A stretch of 63,203 bases of DNA, filler included, from Octopus bimaculoides (Eukaryota): assembly GCF_001194135.2 (NCBI RefSeq). It is 7 parts of 6 records of this genome, joined end to end, with 100 filler letters (N's around TTAATTAATTAA, not from the genome) between each part and the next. Parts side by side here need not be neighbours in the genome. Positions count along the whole stretch, not along the records: positions 24,409 to 30,458 come from NC_068985.1; positions 30,559 to 53,576 come from NC_068982.1; 5 more parts are not named here. The stretch is one strand, 5' to 3'. This document shows positions 26,330 through 40,100 of the stretch, piece by piece. The translations under genes were made by a program, and so were the position numbers. The notes under the pieces are model-generated. The model searched no databases, was not told the DNA's origin, and was given only the letters and a program-made list of their open reading frames with translations. How positions within the stretch are numbered: position 1 is the stretch's first letter; the number at the start of each line of letters is the position of its first letter.

Positions 26330-26570
26330 ACTGACACCTAGATATTTGCTCACAAAACCAGGTCCACCAATTATCTACGGTATTAATATGAATTCACAAT
26401 CTGGGTATAAAGCCTGGAGGTTGGTTTCGACGCAATTATCCTATATCTGTTTCAATTTCGAAGAGATATTCACATCACCAGGGCAGCTGTTCTCTATGAT
26501 GGTTCATACTTTTTCTGTTTTATCACAAACAACAATATCTAGCCTGTTATGTTGGCACTTGGTACACGTT
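26330..26570 (-). mobile_element. R4/Dong-like LINE, restriction-like endonuclease remnant
   Basis: DIVVCDKTEKV*TIIENSCPGDVNISSK...NLQALYPDCEFILIP*IIGG (PD-(D/E)xK region). Confidence 0.75.
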
Positions 26571-27444
26571 TAGGTTGGTATGTTCCGCCAATATTTCTTA
26601 TGTTGATGTTTATGTGTGTATGTACGCATGTATGTATGTATGTATGCATGTATGTATACATGCGGGTTTGTATGAATGTAAGTCTCCTGTTTTTAATCAT
26701 TTCACTTGTTCCTCTAACAATGACGCAAGGCTCTATCTTTTGAATGTAGATAATGATAACAATGTCACATTTTAAACGGGAGAAAAGTCTTGCAGTTTTA
26801 CTGTTCCTCTTACGGATTGTATTTGTAATGTGAGAAACAATTGCATGATTTCTTTTACTGAAAATCCAAGCTTATCCAGACTGACAGTTAGAAATTTAAT
26901 TTCAAAACCAAGTGTTCCAATTAATGTATGTATGTATGTATGTATGTATGTATGTATGTATGTATGTATGTATGTATGTATGTAGTCAACAACAGTGGGG
27001 TTCTTTATATTTATTCTAGAACGAATCTTATTTCGGACGTCATTGAATAATTTTTGGGCGACAATTTCATGACGTATTGTGAGTTATACATGTATGTACG
27101 TACCAATGTATGTATGTCTGACAACTTCGTTCACAAGACACTAGTGAATTCGAGGCTATAGTTGAGGGAACCCGAATCCGTGTCATTGTACGACATCTTG
27201 TTAAACAAACAGCCCTGTCTGCGACTATGGCAAACATCTTAACCACAGATACACACAAATCTTAACCACAGATACACACAAATCCCTTGAGCAAACTTTT
27301 AATCCGCACAGCTATGTCAGCCTCTGCTCTCCACAATGAATTATTAAAACAATTTGTCTCAATTCTTTACTCTGGCCTCTAATACAACACTTAACTCTAA
27401 TAATTTGCTCTTCATTTAAGTTATTTCATATTTTATTTTTCTCA

Positions 27445-27597
27445 AGCGTGGTTGTGTAGTAAGAAGTTTACTTCCCGACCACACGGTTCGAAGTTCACTC
27501 CTTCTTCGTGGTACCTTGTGCAAGTGTCGTTTACTATAGCTCCGAGCCGACCAAAGCATTGTGAATGGATTTGTAAACTCGAAGAAACCCGTCTTTA

Positions 27598-27639
<42 letters not shown>

Positions 27640-27765
27640 NNNNNNNNNNNNNNNNNNNNNNNNNNNNNNNNNNNNNNNNNNNNNNNNNNNNNNNNNNNNN
27701 NNNNNNNNNNNNNNNNNNNNNNNNNNNNNNNNNNNNNNNNNNNNNNNNNNNGAAACCCGTCTTTA

Positions 27766-27807
<42 letters not shown>

Positions 27808-27810
27808 GTG
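27445..27810 (+). mobile_element. SINE family B, 5' half with (TG)n
   Basis: ggtaccttgtgcaagtgtcgtttactatagctccgagccgaccaaagc. Confidence 0.8.
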
Positions 27811-29358
27811 TGTTTCTTTGTCGAAAAACACTAACAAACACACGCACAGACAAGCATGTACGCAAGCACGTATTTATACACGTATGTATATATGAAACCT
27901 GTCTAGTTGAGTTGAGTGAGCCTAAATAACACCCACCATCTAACTTCAAATTACCTTACGTCATTAATACTCTTGAGAAATGATCAATTAAAAAATAAAA
28001 TCATTATCACATATGGTACATTTCGCAAGAAACACTCCAAAGACAGAAAATTAAATTTACAAATTTACAAGACATGATTTTACCAGGAATACGGATAAAT
28101 CTTAGTTTTCAAAACAGATTTCAGCAGACTGTAAATCTGAGATTGATTTTCATATTATATAGGTTTAAAGAGACTTAGTGCTACGTCAAATTTAATGCCA
28201 GCTATCAGCTTGTCAAATTCATTTGCATTTATAACTATTCTGTTAGTTCACAAAGTGTAATGTTCAGTATTAGGGAAAACGTCACAATTGATAATTAACA
28301 TCATAATATATGTTCAGAGGAATTTGCAATTGTTACTCTTCTCATCATTGTATTTGACATGTTCATTATATTAAGTGTACTGTATGTATATTNNNNNNNN
28401 NNNNNNNNNNNNNNNNNNNNNNNNNNNNNNNNNNNNNNNNNNNNNNNNNNNNNNNNNNNNNNNNNNNNNNNNNNNNNNNNNNNNNNNNNNNNNNNNNNNN
28501 NNNNNNNNNNNNNNNNNNNNNNNNNNNNNNNNNNNNNNNNNNNNNNNNNNNNNNNNNNNNNNNNNNNNNNNNNNNNNNNNNNNNNNNNNNNNNNNNNNNN
28601 NNNNNNNNNNNNNNNNNNNNNNNNNNNNNNNNNNNNNNNNNNNNNNNNNNNNNNNNNNNNNNNNNNNNNNNNNNNNNNNNNNNNNNNNNNNNNNNNNNNN
28701 NNNNNNNNNNNNNNNNNNNNNNNNNNNNNNNNNNNNNNNNNNNNNNNNNNNNNNNNNNNNNNNNNNNNNNNNNNNNNNNNNNNNNNNNNNNNNNNNNNNN
28801 NNNNNNNNNNNNNNNNNNNNNNNNNNNNNNNNNNNNNNNNNNNNNNNNNNNNNNNNNNNNNNNNNNNNNNNNNNNNNNNNNNNNNNNNNNNNNNNNNNNN
28901 NNNNNNNNNNNNNNNNNNNNNNNNNNNNNNNNNNNNNNNNNNNNNNNNNNNNNNNNNNNNNNNNNNNNNNNNNNNNNNNNNNNNNNNNNNNNNNNNNNNN
29001 NNNNNNNNNNNNNNNNNNNNNNNNNNNNNNNNNNNNNNNNNNNNNNNNNNNNNNNNNNNNNNNNNNNNNNNNNNNNNNNNNNNNNNNNNNNNNNNNNNNN
29101 NNNNNNNNNNNNNNNNNNNNNNNNNNNNNNNNNNNNNNNNNNNNNNNNNNNNNNNNNNNNNNNNNNNNNNNNNNNNNNNNNNNNNNNNNNNNNNNNNNNN
29201 NNNNNNNNNNNNNNNNNNNNNNNNNNNNNNNNNNNNNNNNNNNNNNNNNNNNNNNNNNNNNNNNNNNNNNNNNNNNNNNNNNNNNNNNNNNNNNNNNNNN
29301 NNNNNNNNNNNNNNNNNNNNNNNNNNNNNNNNNNNNNNNNNNNNNNNNNNNNNNNNNN

Positions 29359-29396
29359 GTTTGGGAAGCATACGCCTAGACATACAGCCACGCCTT
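29359..29396 (-). CDS. Candidate exon start (E)GVAVCLGVCFPN..., running into a 966-N gap
   Basis: Strong acceptor gattttcttgcag|; open in phases 1 and 2; only 38 nt visible. Confidence 0.3.
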
Positions 29397-30408
29397 CTGC
29401 AAGAAAATCTTGTGAGCAAATGCAATATATTAATGAATATTTTGATAATAATTCAATGAAAGTTACCCCTTTCAAAGATCAAATTAATTGTGTAGAGCAA
29501 GAAAGTAAGTCCACCATCTCTCCAAAATTCACGCAGTTTAATTTACTTATCTATATTTTAGGTTGAACTTTATTTTTAAATTACAAAGAATACTTTTATA
29601 GTTATTTAAAAACAATGTTTCCCACCATTAAATACTCAATGACAATAAAGCAAATGTAAGTTTTAGCTTACCAGAAGTGTTGCTTCCGCCTTAGTTAAAA
29701 CAGTCGGAACAAAATTTTAGTGTAATTTATTCGCATTCATATCTCTTAATGTAAGTAAAAACGCTACTTTACGATGCCCCGGAGATTCTTTAACAAATCC
29801 GAAATTTGCCAAACTAAAATATATTTTCTAGACGATAGTAATAACACTAAGTATATCGGTATAACCAAATTCATTTAAAAATAAATGCGTATGTCTTTCA
29901 TATACACAAAATATCGAAATACAATTTAATTTCGTAAATATACCTAGTGTCTGTGAGACTGAATTATTCATATTTTCAAAACAGATCAACCAGTTATCAA
30001 AACGGACAAATCCAATATCAATGGAATTAAAACGCCAGTTTTATCTCTCCAAAGTATACTGTATTTGTCCAACAATAAAATATTCGAACAGTATATGGTA
30101 TAACTTTCAACTCGTCTTGCTATACTTCCGTCCGCCTGTCCATTTTAATCGAATGTATCAATGTCAGTACTGATCTTTAAGCCTGATTTCTTTATGTTGA
30201 AAAGCAAAGTTACGGAGATATTATAAGAACCACCACCGGTTATAATTCGTGTGTGTGAGGTTGAGTCAAATACAAACACATAGGCATACACAGATATATG
30301 TATTTATACATATATTCATATACATACATACATACATACATACATACATACATAAATACACACACACTCGCATGTGCACGCACGTACACAAATACACACA
30401 GACACAGG

Positions 30409-30458
<50 letters not shown>

Positions 30459-30558
30459 NNNNNNNNNNNNNNNNNNNNNNNNNNNNNNNNNNNNNNNNNN
30501 NNTTAATTAATTAANNNNNNNNNNNNNNNNNNNNNNNNNNNNNNNNNNNNNNNNNNNN

Positions 30559-30602
<44 letters not shown>

Positions 30603-30754
30603 CACATATATATATATACATACATATATATACACACAGACACAAACATAAATATAGGTCGGTGTGTGTATGTAAGTATATGTATGCATATATATGTGCA
30701 TACATATACTTACATACATACACACACACACCGACCTATATATATATGTGTGTG

Positions 30755-30799
<45 letters not shown>

Positions 30800-31029
30800 G
30801 TATACTGAGAGAGATAGAAAGAGAAAAAAAACAAGAAAGAAAAACAGAGAAAAAATGAGCAAATGTGCATATGCAGAAGCATCAAAATGTGCCTATTAAA
30901 ACTTCATTAACAATTCATCTTGAAGGAGAATAAATTATAAACAATAGAGTATAAATTATTAAGCTAAAACTCTCATTGTTCGGGTAAAAAAAGAGTTACC
31001 TGAGAACTGCCAGATTAGATCTACAAAAC

Positions 31030-31370
31030 TTTTATTACCCAAAAGGATGTGCATCCAATTACGCTAAGGCAGCCTCACGGCAGTCTACCATCTTCTTGTG
31101 CGCATTATTCTTTCCAGCGAGAAAATTTGTTTTGTATCTAGAACGCAAATTAACACATTCTTCATAAACACATATAGAAATCCTTCTCGATGTTTCTTCA
31201 TCGTAATTTAGAACCATGCAAATTTTCTCGATAGTGAAATTAAAACGTTTGCTTTGATGGAGGAAATCTGGATACCGTTTAAGTGGAATAAGCAATACGT
31301 CTTTTCGAAAACAAATGATGTACGGTTCGTGAAATGCAGGCAGCTTTCTGCCATATATTCCAGCCATGGT
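31030..31370 (-). mobile_element. Highly decayed RTE-like LINE 3' end
   Basis: RKLPAFH...CFRK and, in another frame, RWKE*CAQED resemble RTE C-terminal motifs. Confidence 0.35.
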
Positions 31371-31507
31371 ATATTTTACCTAATGTAATATAAGCTATTG
31401 TGTATAGTAGAATGAGCTTTAAGACTCATCGTTAATAAATGTTAATAAATGCTCATACATATATCTCTCTCTCTCTCTCTCTCTTTCTCCACATATATAT
31501 GTATATA

Positions 31508-31545
<38 letters not shown>

Positions 31546-32399
31546 AAGAGAGAGAGAGAGGGAAAGAGATACATACATATGTTTGTGAGCATGCATATAT
31601 GTTTGTATATACGTATATACACACGTGCGCGCACACAGGCACAAACATATATGTATATGTATGTACGTATACATGCATGTATGTATGTATATGTATGTAT
31701 GTACGTATGTGTGTATGTATATATGTATGCATGTATGTATGTATGTATGTATGTATGTATGAATGTATGTATACTTGTATGTATTTAGCGTACATTTTTG
31801 ATACACTTTTGAAGTCTTTTAGCTGTAAAGGTTTCTGAATTTTTAAAAACATCGTATTATTGTCTTGAAACATTTTGTTGATATTTTGGAGGATTGCTGC
31901 CTACGATTCATAGAAGATATTCGTTAGTATTCAGCAAAGCAAAAAACAAATGTAGTAATTCAAATCGATGAATATATCAGTGGCCTATTTGTATATAATA
32001 ATAATAGTTCACCTCATTTGAATGTCATTGTTTAGGCAGCTAGGTAGCTAATTAATTTGACCATTTATAATTTAAGCACACATCTAGCAAATCAACATTT
32101 ATTAAATCTATGTTATTTGAATGAAAGGAGTTAGCTGTGGAGATTATAGAACTATATTATTGTCTTTATTTAAAGAAAACAACTATAGTCAGTTCAGTTA
32201 TACAAAACTGTATTAAATGCACGAAAAAATGAAAATAACAGAATAATTTTCTAGTTCTCACATTTAAAAAAAACTATCGTTGTATCTAAGGGAATGAACA
32301 AAACTTTACTGAAAAGCTTCGAGAGATAATGTCTCTTTTTAGGATACACCATAAAACAGTTGACATAGAAATGTTATATTTTCCTCATATACAAGGAAT

Positions 32400-33350
32400 C
32401 GTTACATAATTAAAAAAATCAAGAAAACTGAGAATTACGAGATAGAGAAGGAAGTCATCGACAACTGTGAGAATAAACGAGGAACGCCAACAGAAATTAT
32501 GGAAAGTTAAGCACGAAGCTATGAATAGATTTATAATAATGTAAAACGCTAGTACATATAAAGGATGTGAGAGAGGATACCACTGACGGACGAGGTGCAA
32601 TATGGAAAGGTACAAAGAGGTGACCCACCGAGCAACGACACATGACTTAAAAAAAGAAAAACAAAACCGGTCGTTCTGTGATCAGCCGCCAAGTAACGAT
32701 GATTGAAGCACTCAATTACCTTCAACAAATTCAAATTGATTACTTCCAGCATTGTTACTCACTTTCTCTAGGATGTATCGCATGAGTTTTATGTTTTCGT
32801 AGGTAGTCATGCCTCCAAATTTTTCACTAATAGCTTGGAAAAATCTCAAACTCCACACTCAAAAGGTTTATGCACCAGGAATTTTCAATTGCGGCCAGCT
32901 TGTTGCTATCCTTTTTCAGTAGAATTACAGAGGTCTGAAAGAAGTAGAAATTATCCAATTCTTCTGCCAGTGGCAGTACGTTTATCTAAATGTCGTCGGA
33001 ACTTCCTCGTGTAATTTTAAAGCACGTTTTGCTGGCAGATCATCCAAACTAAGTTGGGTGGTCTACCAGCATGCAATCGTTCATTACAACTTGTACCTTA
33101 GACGCAGTTTTCACGTTCTTGTTCTATCAATCTTCTTCCAACAAGATTTGTGGTTAGTCATCGAGCTAAACTTCAAAATCTTTAACTAATCTTTTAACCC
33201 CCAAAATCGCGCAAATATTTGGCAGAAATATCTGCTCTTCTACTTGTAACTATATAGTGTGCGCCTGACACACTTCATTAAGGATCAAAATGCGTTTTTA
33301 CGTTCAATGTTGTAGTCTATCGCTGTTCTTCATTCTTCTTAGTCCACAAC
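32400..33350. mobile_element. Decayed RTE-like fragments (plus strand about 32400-32650; minus strand about 32950-33350)
   Basis: Fragmentary motifs (LDDLPAKRALK; end motif KEVTHRATTHD) with many stops. Confidence 0.3.
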
Positions 33351-33638
33351 TCATTTACGTATAATGGCGCAAGTGCGATGAGGACCACTGCAGCAAATGT
33401 CATGCTGGTGTTTTATGTTAATGAAAAGAAAATCAAATTTTTAATACTAATTAGAGAGAAGGAAGCCCAGTTTCATTCATCGTTTTCTCTTTATGGATAA
33501 ACTAAATATCCTGCGAACGATCCTCCCCTATGTTGAGCGTTTCTTCTTTGTTTTCCATTATGTTAGAAAAGACACTGGAGTAATTTTTGACTATATAATT
33601 CTTTAAACACAGACTCGAAAAAAAGTCTACAAAATCTC

Positions 33639-33837
33639 GGCGCAGGAGTGACTGTGTGGTAAGTAGCTTACTTACCAACCACATGGTTCCAGGTTCAGTC
33701 CCACTGCGTGGCACCTTGGCCGTGTGTCTTCTACTATAGCCTCGGGCCGACCAGAGACTTGTGAGTGGATTTGGTAGGCGGAGAGTGAAAGAAACCCGTA
33801 GTAGTTATGTGTGTGTGTGTGCGTGTGTGTGTGTGTG

Positions 33838-33869
<32 letters not shown>

Positions 33870-34080
33870 TTGTGTATCTGTGTTTGTCCTCCACTGTCGC
33901 TTGACAACCGATGTCGGTATGTTTGCACCCCATAACTTAGCGTTTCGGCAAAATAGTGCGATAGAATAAGTACTAGGCTTATAAAGAATGAGTCCTGAGA
34001 TCGATTTGTTCGACTAAAGGCAGTACTCCAGTATGGCCGCAGAAAAATGACTGAAACAAATAAAAGAGTAAAAGAGTAAA
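33639..34080 (+). mobile_element. Full-length SINE family B with probable TSD aaatctc
   Basis: ggcgcaggagtgactgtgtggtaag tRNA-like head, internal (TG)n, aaaagagt tail; aaatctc at 33632-33638 and 34078-34084. Confidence 0.92.
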
Positions 34081-35884
34081 TCTCGACAACTCTGAAAGGT
34101 TTTAAGAGATGATATTTACAACAATTTTTATACTTTTATTAAGCAAAGCTCTGCACGATATCACTATATTGCATCTAACATTATTATACCACCTACTAGT
34201 GGAAATTTTAGGTAAACTAACGCGACTGAGACAGCCAGTGATGGATCCATGATATTACTAGTCAATCTAGTAGAAATAGCTACAAAATCTACCCCAAATA
34301 CACCATTCAATCTAAAAACAGATTACAAAATAATAGACAGCATGATCAAAAGTGGAGCGCTTCTGATCACATTTAGACTTAATAAAACAGACCTGGTGTT
34401 AAATAACAACAATAAAATCATTAGTGGTAACGTAGAAAACCAAGCCCTCGTAGGCTTAATATTTTACGCACACTACAATCTCTGTGTACCTGTCAGCGTT
34501 TAGATAGAAACTCTCAAATTTTCTATAATATTCAAACATTATTGTTTCAAATAAGTACATTCCTCTCTACATATAAATATTACATAAACAAATATTTTCT
34601 GTCATTGTCATTGTTGCTTATTGTTGATTATGTTATTCGGTACTTTAACTACTTAACAATCATTCTTCTTTATTACACGAAATTATAAGATAAAAACATT
34701 TTGCTTATTACTATATATATATTTTGAAGTACCTACTCAAACCAATTAAAGCATATTGCAAATGATTATTAGAAGATAATTTTTCCCCGTAAAACATGAA
34801 TTCATTGTGAGGCTCATAAATCTGTGCATCTCAAGTGTAATAAAATACTTTGGAGAATGGGAAATTAATCATTGAAAATGAAATTACTGTCTTTTGAAAA
34901 GTATCCATTCTGAAAAGAAGAAGAATTAAGAACATTTCGTTTCAACAAAGTATTAAAAAAAAATTAACATTCATTACACGACTGGAAATACATATTTCTC
35001 ACAAATGAATTTTCTCTTCGGAATTCTAAATAAAATATTAATACTTCTGGTAACAATAATGTATATTATATGTTAAAATAAAAACAAAAACAATACATTT
35101 TTTAAAATACAAATTCAGTTTTCATTCACAAAGTAAACAAATATAATGTATCACATCAGAAGTTAGTAACAATGCTTACATTAAAAAAAATTCCCTTTCA
35201 AAGGAATATATTTACAAAAACTTACCGAGAAAAAAAATACTCGTTTTATATAATCGTTAAAGACATTGTCACTTGACTGTGCCAGATTTATGTTTAACTC
35301 AACAAGCCAAGGAATGAGGAGGTGATTTTTCAAGTAGAATTAATGCAAAACAAGACAAAAGACCAACAAACTAATAGTAGCGAAGGAAAATGTATATAAT
35401 CAATTGTTAATACAAATACGAAACAAAGAAACGAGAAACAATTTTTGTAAATTTCATTTAATTAGGTTTATCTCTAATGGCACAGATGAATAATTGAAGA
35501 GTAAAGTAAATGACCATGTGCTTTCTTGTACAATTTTATTGGTACACTTAAAATGTATATATATACGTACGTCTATGTCTGCATTCGTGTATGCGTGTAT
35601 AAATGTGCTAATGTGTGTAGCTGATAGTGAATAACACCTTCCTTCAATACAATGTAGTACCTCCCTATAAAAAGAGATTATTTGCAAAACACTTGGAATT
35701 GCCTTTTCCTAGATATAACCATTTTGTGACTTCTATGCATTTTCAATTCTCCACTAATCTCCAGCTTCGATTTAAATTTTGCTTTAATTAAAACTTTATT
35801 TATTTTGCTCTAAACCTTTCTCAAGAGACCCAAATAATAGTATTCTATCACATCAAGTACACGTTATATAGGATTTTATAATAC

Positions 35885-35968
35885 GAAAGTTAAATCGTAA
35901 ATTTCGTGAACATTTCATTAGGGAAGATGTGATGAATCTCAACTGAAGTTCATTTAATTCATCAGCAT
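35885..35968 (-). CDS. Candidate paralogous or degenerate exon (D)ADELNELQLRFITSSLMKCSRNL
   Basis: Acceptor cacctttcacctattataccag|AT GCT GAT; first 9 codons 19/27 nt identical to the 11612 exon, same phase and offset; donor uncertain. Confidence 0.35.
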
Positions 35969-36225
35969 CTGGTATAATAGGTGAAAGGTGTCATATAAAC
36001 ATAGCATTAGCCCTAATCAAATTTTAACCATCTTCTTTGAAGCAAATACACTACATCTCCGGAAAATAACGTTAACAAGGACATAATTAAGATGATTTTT
36101 AATGCTTGCTGCTTGTGTGGCTGTAAATATAAAATGTTCATCATAAGTGTGAATCCTAACACTATATAGCATCAAATGTGAAGAACAGTAGAGACCTATA
36201 TGTGTGTGTGTGTGTGTGTGTGGGG

Positions 36226-36256
<31 letters not shown>

Positions 36257-36753
36257 ATATAGGTGGCCCGTTAGCAATTCAAACCTAAAGAAAGAGAGGA
36301 AACGAGAAAGCTCCTTACCGTAGTGAGACAAATTCACTCAAGAAGTAGCAGAATATATCCATGTCACGTGATTTCGACACGGAATCATTTCATCTTAGCT
36401 CTCGTCAGTGGGTCTTACTGCGCCTAGGTTTGTAACATAACTCGCCTCGTCAACTTATGAGAGAAATCGTTGGAAGCGTGAGCTAATTCAAAATTGTAGA
36501 AGTGTATAATATAAATAATATAGATGGGCCGTTACCAATTCAAATCTAAAACAAATTTATAAACAAAGGTACAAAATAGTGCCAGCATTAGTACTATCGT
36601 CAAAAATGACTAAAAAAAAACACAAAACGCTCTAACTCAATAAGTTGACGAAAGACAGGAAGCGAGAAAGCTCCTTACCGTAGTGAAACAAAAGAAGTAG
36701 CAGATATATCAATGTCACGTGATTTCGAACTCTGCATCTTTTCATCTTGAATT

Positions 36754-37140
36754 AGCTGTGTGGTAAGTAGCTTGCTTACCAGGATTCAGTCCCACTGCGT
36801 GACACATTGGGCAATTGTCTTCTACTATAGCCTCGGACCGACCAAAGCCTTGTGAGTGGATTTGGTAGATGGAAACTGAAAGAAGCCCGTTTATATATGT
36901 ATATATATGTATGTGTGTGTGTGTATATGCTTGTGTGTCTGTGTTTATCCCCCCAACATCACTTGACAACTGATGCTGGTGTGTTTACGTCCCCGTAACT
37001 TAGCGGTTCGGCAAAAGACACCGATAGAATAAGTACTAGGCTTACAAAGAATAAGTCCTGGGGTCGATTTGCTCGACTAAAGGCGGTGCTCCAGCATGGC
37101 CGCAGTCAAATGACTGAAACAAGTAAAAGAGTAAAAAAAG
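36754..37140 (+). mobile_element. SINE family B, near full length
   Basis: Close match to the 33639 and 58905 copies. Confidence 0.92.
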
Positions 37141-40100
37141 AGTATATATACACACACCCACACACACACATACACATACACGCACACGTGCACACATATA
37201 TATGCTTATATATTTATTCATACAAATGTATACAAATCTTTAAATTTACTTCTAGAAAGTTTCATTATAGGTATTGGGAAAGTAATTTAAATATTTGCTT
37301 ATTAACCGAAAGTTTAGATAATCACATTTTTTATATAAAATGTATTAAAATAATCTTGAATGATATTTCAATATTAAGCCATTTACAATTACTACGAAAC
37401 AAAATAATTACCACGATTTACAGACAAATTTCAGTTTCAGTAAAAATTGCTTTTGTTTAGTAATATTCGTGGTTTTAATACTACTTTCGACTAAGTGCGT
37501 ATTAATTTTATTCAAGAAATTTATCCTTCAGTGATGCCACTTGAACGCCCGTCTTTTAAGAGAACAGAAAATATTATCCATAATGAAAATTATAAACGGA
37601 CAAAAATTAAGTCGAAAACAATGGATGTGCAATATATTTGGTGTGCTGTAATTGTGCATGCAAGGGTTAGATACTCCATAATGGCAGTACTTACCACTCC
37701 TTATATATTTGCAAGTGATCAAGCCCTGTACAGCAGAAACTGTCGACAGAACCGAGGAGTGTTCCTCTAGTATTTTTGACTTATATGTACCACAAATTCA
37801 AATTGTTATTGTTAGTGATTGTTAGAGAATGTTTGTCATAATATAATTATAAATTTGAAAAAGCAGTTCGTAATATTTATCAATCGTCTCTTGGATCAAA
37901 TTTGTAATGTTGTTTTTTTCTCTTTAGAGCAAAATATAGACATATAGAAAAAGCTTGAAATTTCCAAACCAGAAAAATGAGACTTTTAATCTGAAGATAT
38001 ACTGATTAGGTGTCCGTGAGTCCCTACCGGTTGATGATGTTATAAAATGGTTTGAAAAAGCTTCTTGATGATGATGATGATGATGAGGAGGAGGAGGAGG
38101 AGGGGGTAGAAGTAGAGGAGAATGTTGATGATGTGGGTGGTGACGATGTCGACGACGATTTGCCACTCTATTGCTTGTTAGTTTGCGCGCGCGCGTGTGT
38201 AATATATATATCTTCAAGTCCCATGGCTAGGAACTGAAAGAATATTTCCCAGACTATCTGAAATGCTACATACTGAACCAACATTGTATGGGTTAACCCT
38301 TTCTAAGAAAAATCATCCAAATATTTTCTTTTTTTTAAATTTCTTTCTAAGACAAATCATGTAATCTGTTCTTATTCATTTTATTTCCAAATTTGTATCG
38401 AAAAGGACGTAGCGTTTCCATTGTAATGGCATTAGGAAGAACTTTCTCTATATTGAAGATTGTTAAATGTGTTTTTAGTTAAGCCTTTCAAAGAAACCGA
38501 CTGAGCTGCTATTGAAACATGCTAATATGCTACAACTGAAAGAAATACTGCCGTATTATCTCACTTCCTGTTGCCTGATCTTCTGCAAGATATAGTTAAT
38601 TTGGCACTAGTTATGCAAAGATTCAGAAATTGTTTGGACAAGTTATTTCACTTCAGTTTGCATAGTTTTCAAGGCTTTTCCATTTCTTCTACTTCTCGAA
38701 GGTCTTGTGAATGCATACACATTGCACTCTTCTTACAGCATTAGAAGTTTTTAACTTTTTTTTTCTTGTAATATAGGAGCTTCGACACTCTGAGTCACAA
38801 TTATTCATGTGTGTGTGTGCGTGTGTGTGTGTGTGCGTGTGTGTGTATCTATACACACAAGCGCACATATTCACGCGAGCGCACACACACAGACGTACGC
38901 ACACGCACACACTCACACACACACGTTATATATATATATACATATATACATACATACATACGTATCCACCTATCTACATATCTGCATATCTACCTGTTTT
39001 CGTGCATACATACATTACATCACTTTTCTAACGAGCCAATCTAAAGCGAAGGCAGCAAGGGAGCATTTGTTAGTCGGAATTTACAGTCAAAGACCACTTA
39101 CATTTTGTCTCATTTTTTGTAAACATGACTGACGTACAGTTATAAATTAATGACGAGGTTGAATAGCATGCGTGTGCGGTTTTAACATTCGTCATAACAG
39201 AAGTCATCGTGTATCAGGGTAAACATTGGATTTCCGCAGAGTCTTTGTCTACTAAATACTACTGGCAACTATTGATCAAACTGAGGTTGTCGTTGAAGAC
39301 TTGTTTCACATTACCGACTGGGACTGAACCCAAATATACTTTAAAACGAAAGATTAGTCTTATAATGCAGCAAAGCTGATCTAGATCTGATTCTCTGAAC
39401 CAGTTGTATTCGATATTTGCAATTATGATGCATACTACCGGACAAAAAGACGTTGGTAATCAGGAAGGTATGTAATATAAATAATAGAATTACTCATTGC
39501 ATAATATCTATTGGAAGTTGAGATGATTACGGTTTCGTACATATACAAGTAATTTGTATTATATCATGACAAACAAAATTTAATTTCTCTATTTGCTTTT
39601 TTGCTTATATCATTTTTGCCACCAATGGAATTCTGGAAAACTGATGATAATAGCGATGAGGAAATCGCTATATTGATGAATAAACAAATATTAAGAAAGG
39701 TTGCTGTTATAATAAAATGCTGGCTTATATTCATAGTTATTAGCTATGACCAAAATATTACAATATAACACAATCACTGCTTATTAATACATAGTTCAAA
39801 AAGATTATATGAGCAAGGTACCAAAGGGTAAAACTGGAATAAGTAGATGATAAATATATAACGAGGAGTTAACAAAAGCTAATATTAAAGAATAAAATTT
39901 CTCAGTAGATTTCACGTTCAAAATAATGAATTAATTTGATTTAATTTTACAGCTCTGCAAATTTATGGAAAATATTTTCCATGTTCATAAGGTTTTGAAT
40001 ACATTAACAAAAAATCTAACCAATCATCATTAATATTGAATTGCAATACCAATATAGCATATATAGTTGACCAATTAGACCGCAGCCACAGGATAATAAC

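Noticed and set aside
27236-27281. 23-bp tandem duplication atcttaaccacagatacacacaa
   Set aside because: An ordinary slippage duplication at the end of a decayed SINE-B fragment.
29672-29813. Minus-strand segment bounded by ttttag| and |gtaagc
   Set aside because: Stops in all three frames; only an unsupported 18-nt micro-exon would remain.
31059-31367. 102-aa ORF with a death-domain-like stretch (IEKICMVLNYDEETSRRI)
   Set aside because: Other frames show RTE C-terminal motifs; better explained as a decayed LINE.
32762-32935. Minus-strand segment with donor AAA|gtgagt (AISEKFGGMTTYENIKLMRYILEK)
   Set aside because: The best acceptor gives stops in all three frames, and it adjoins RTE-like debris.
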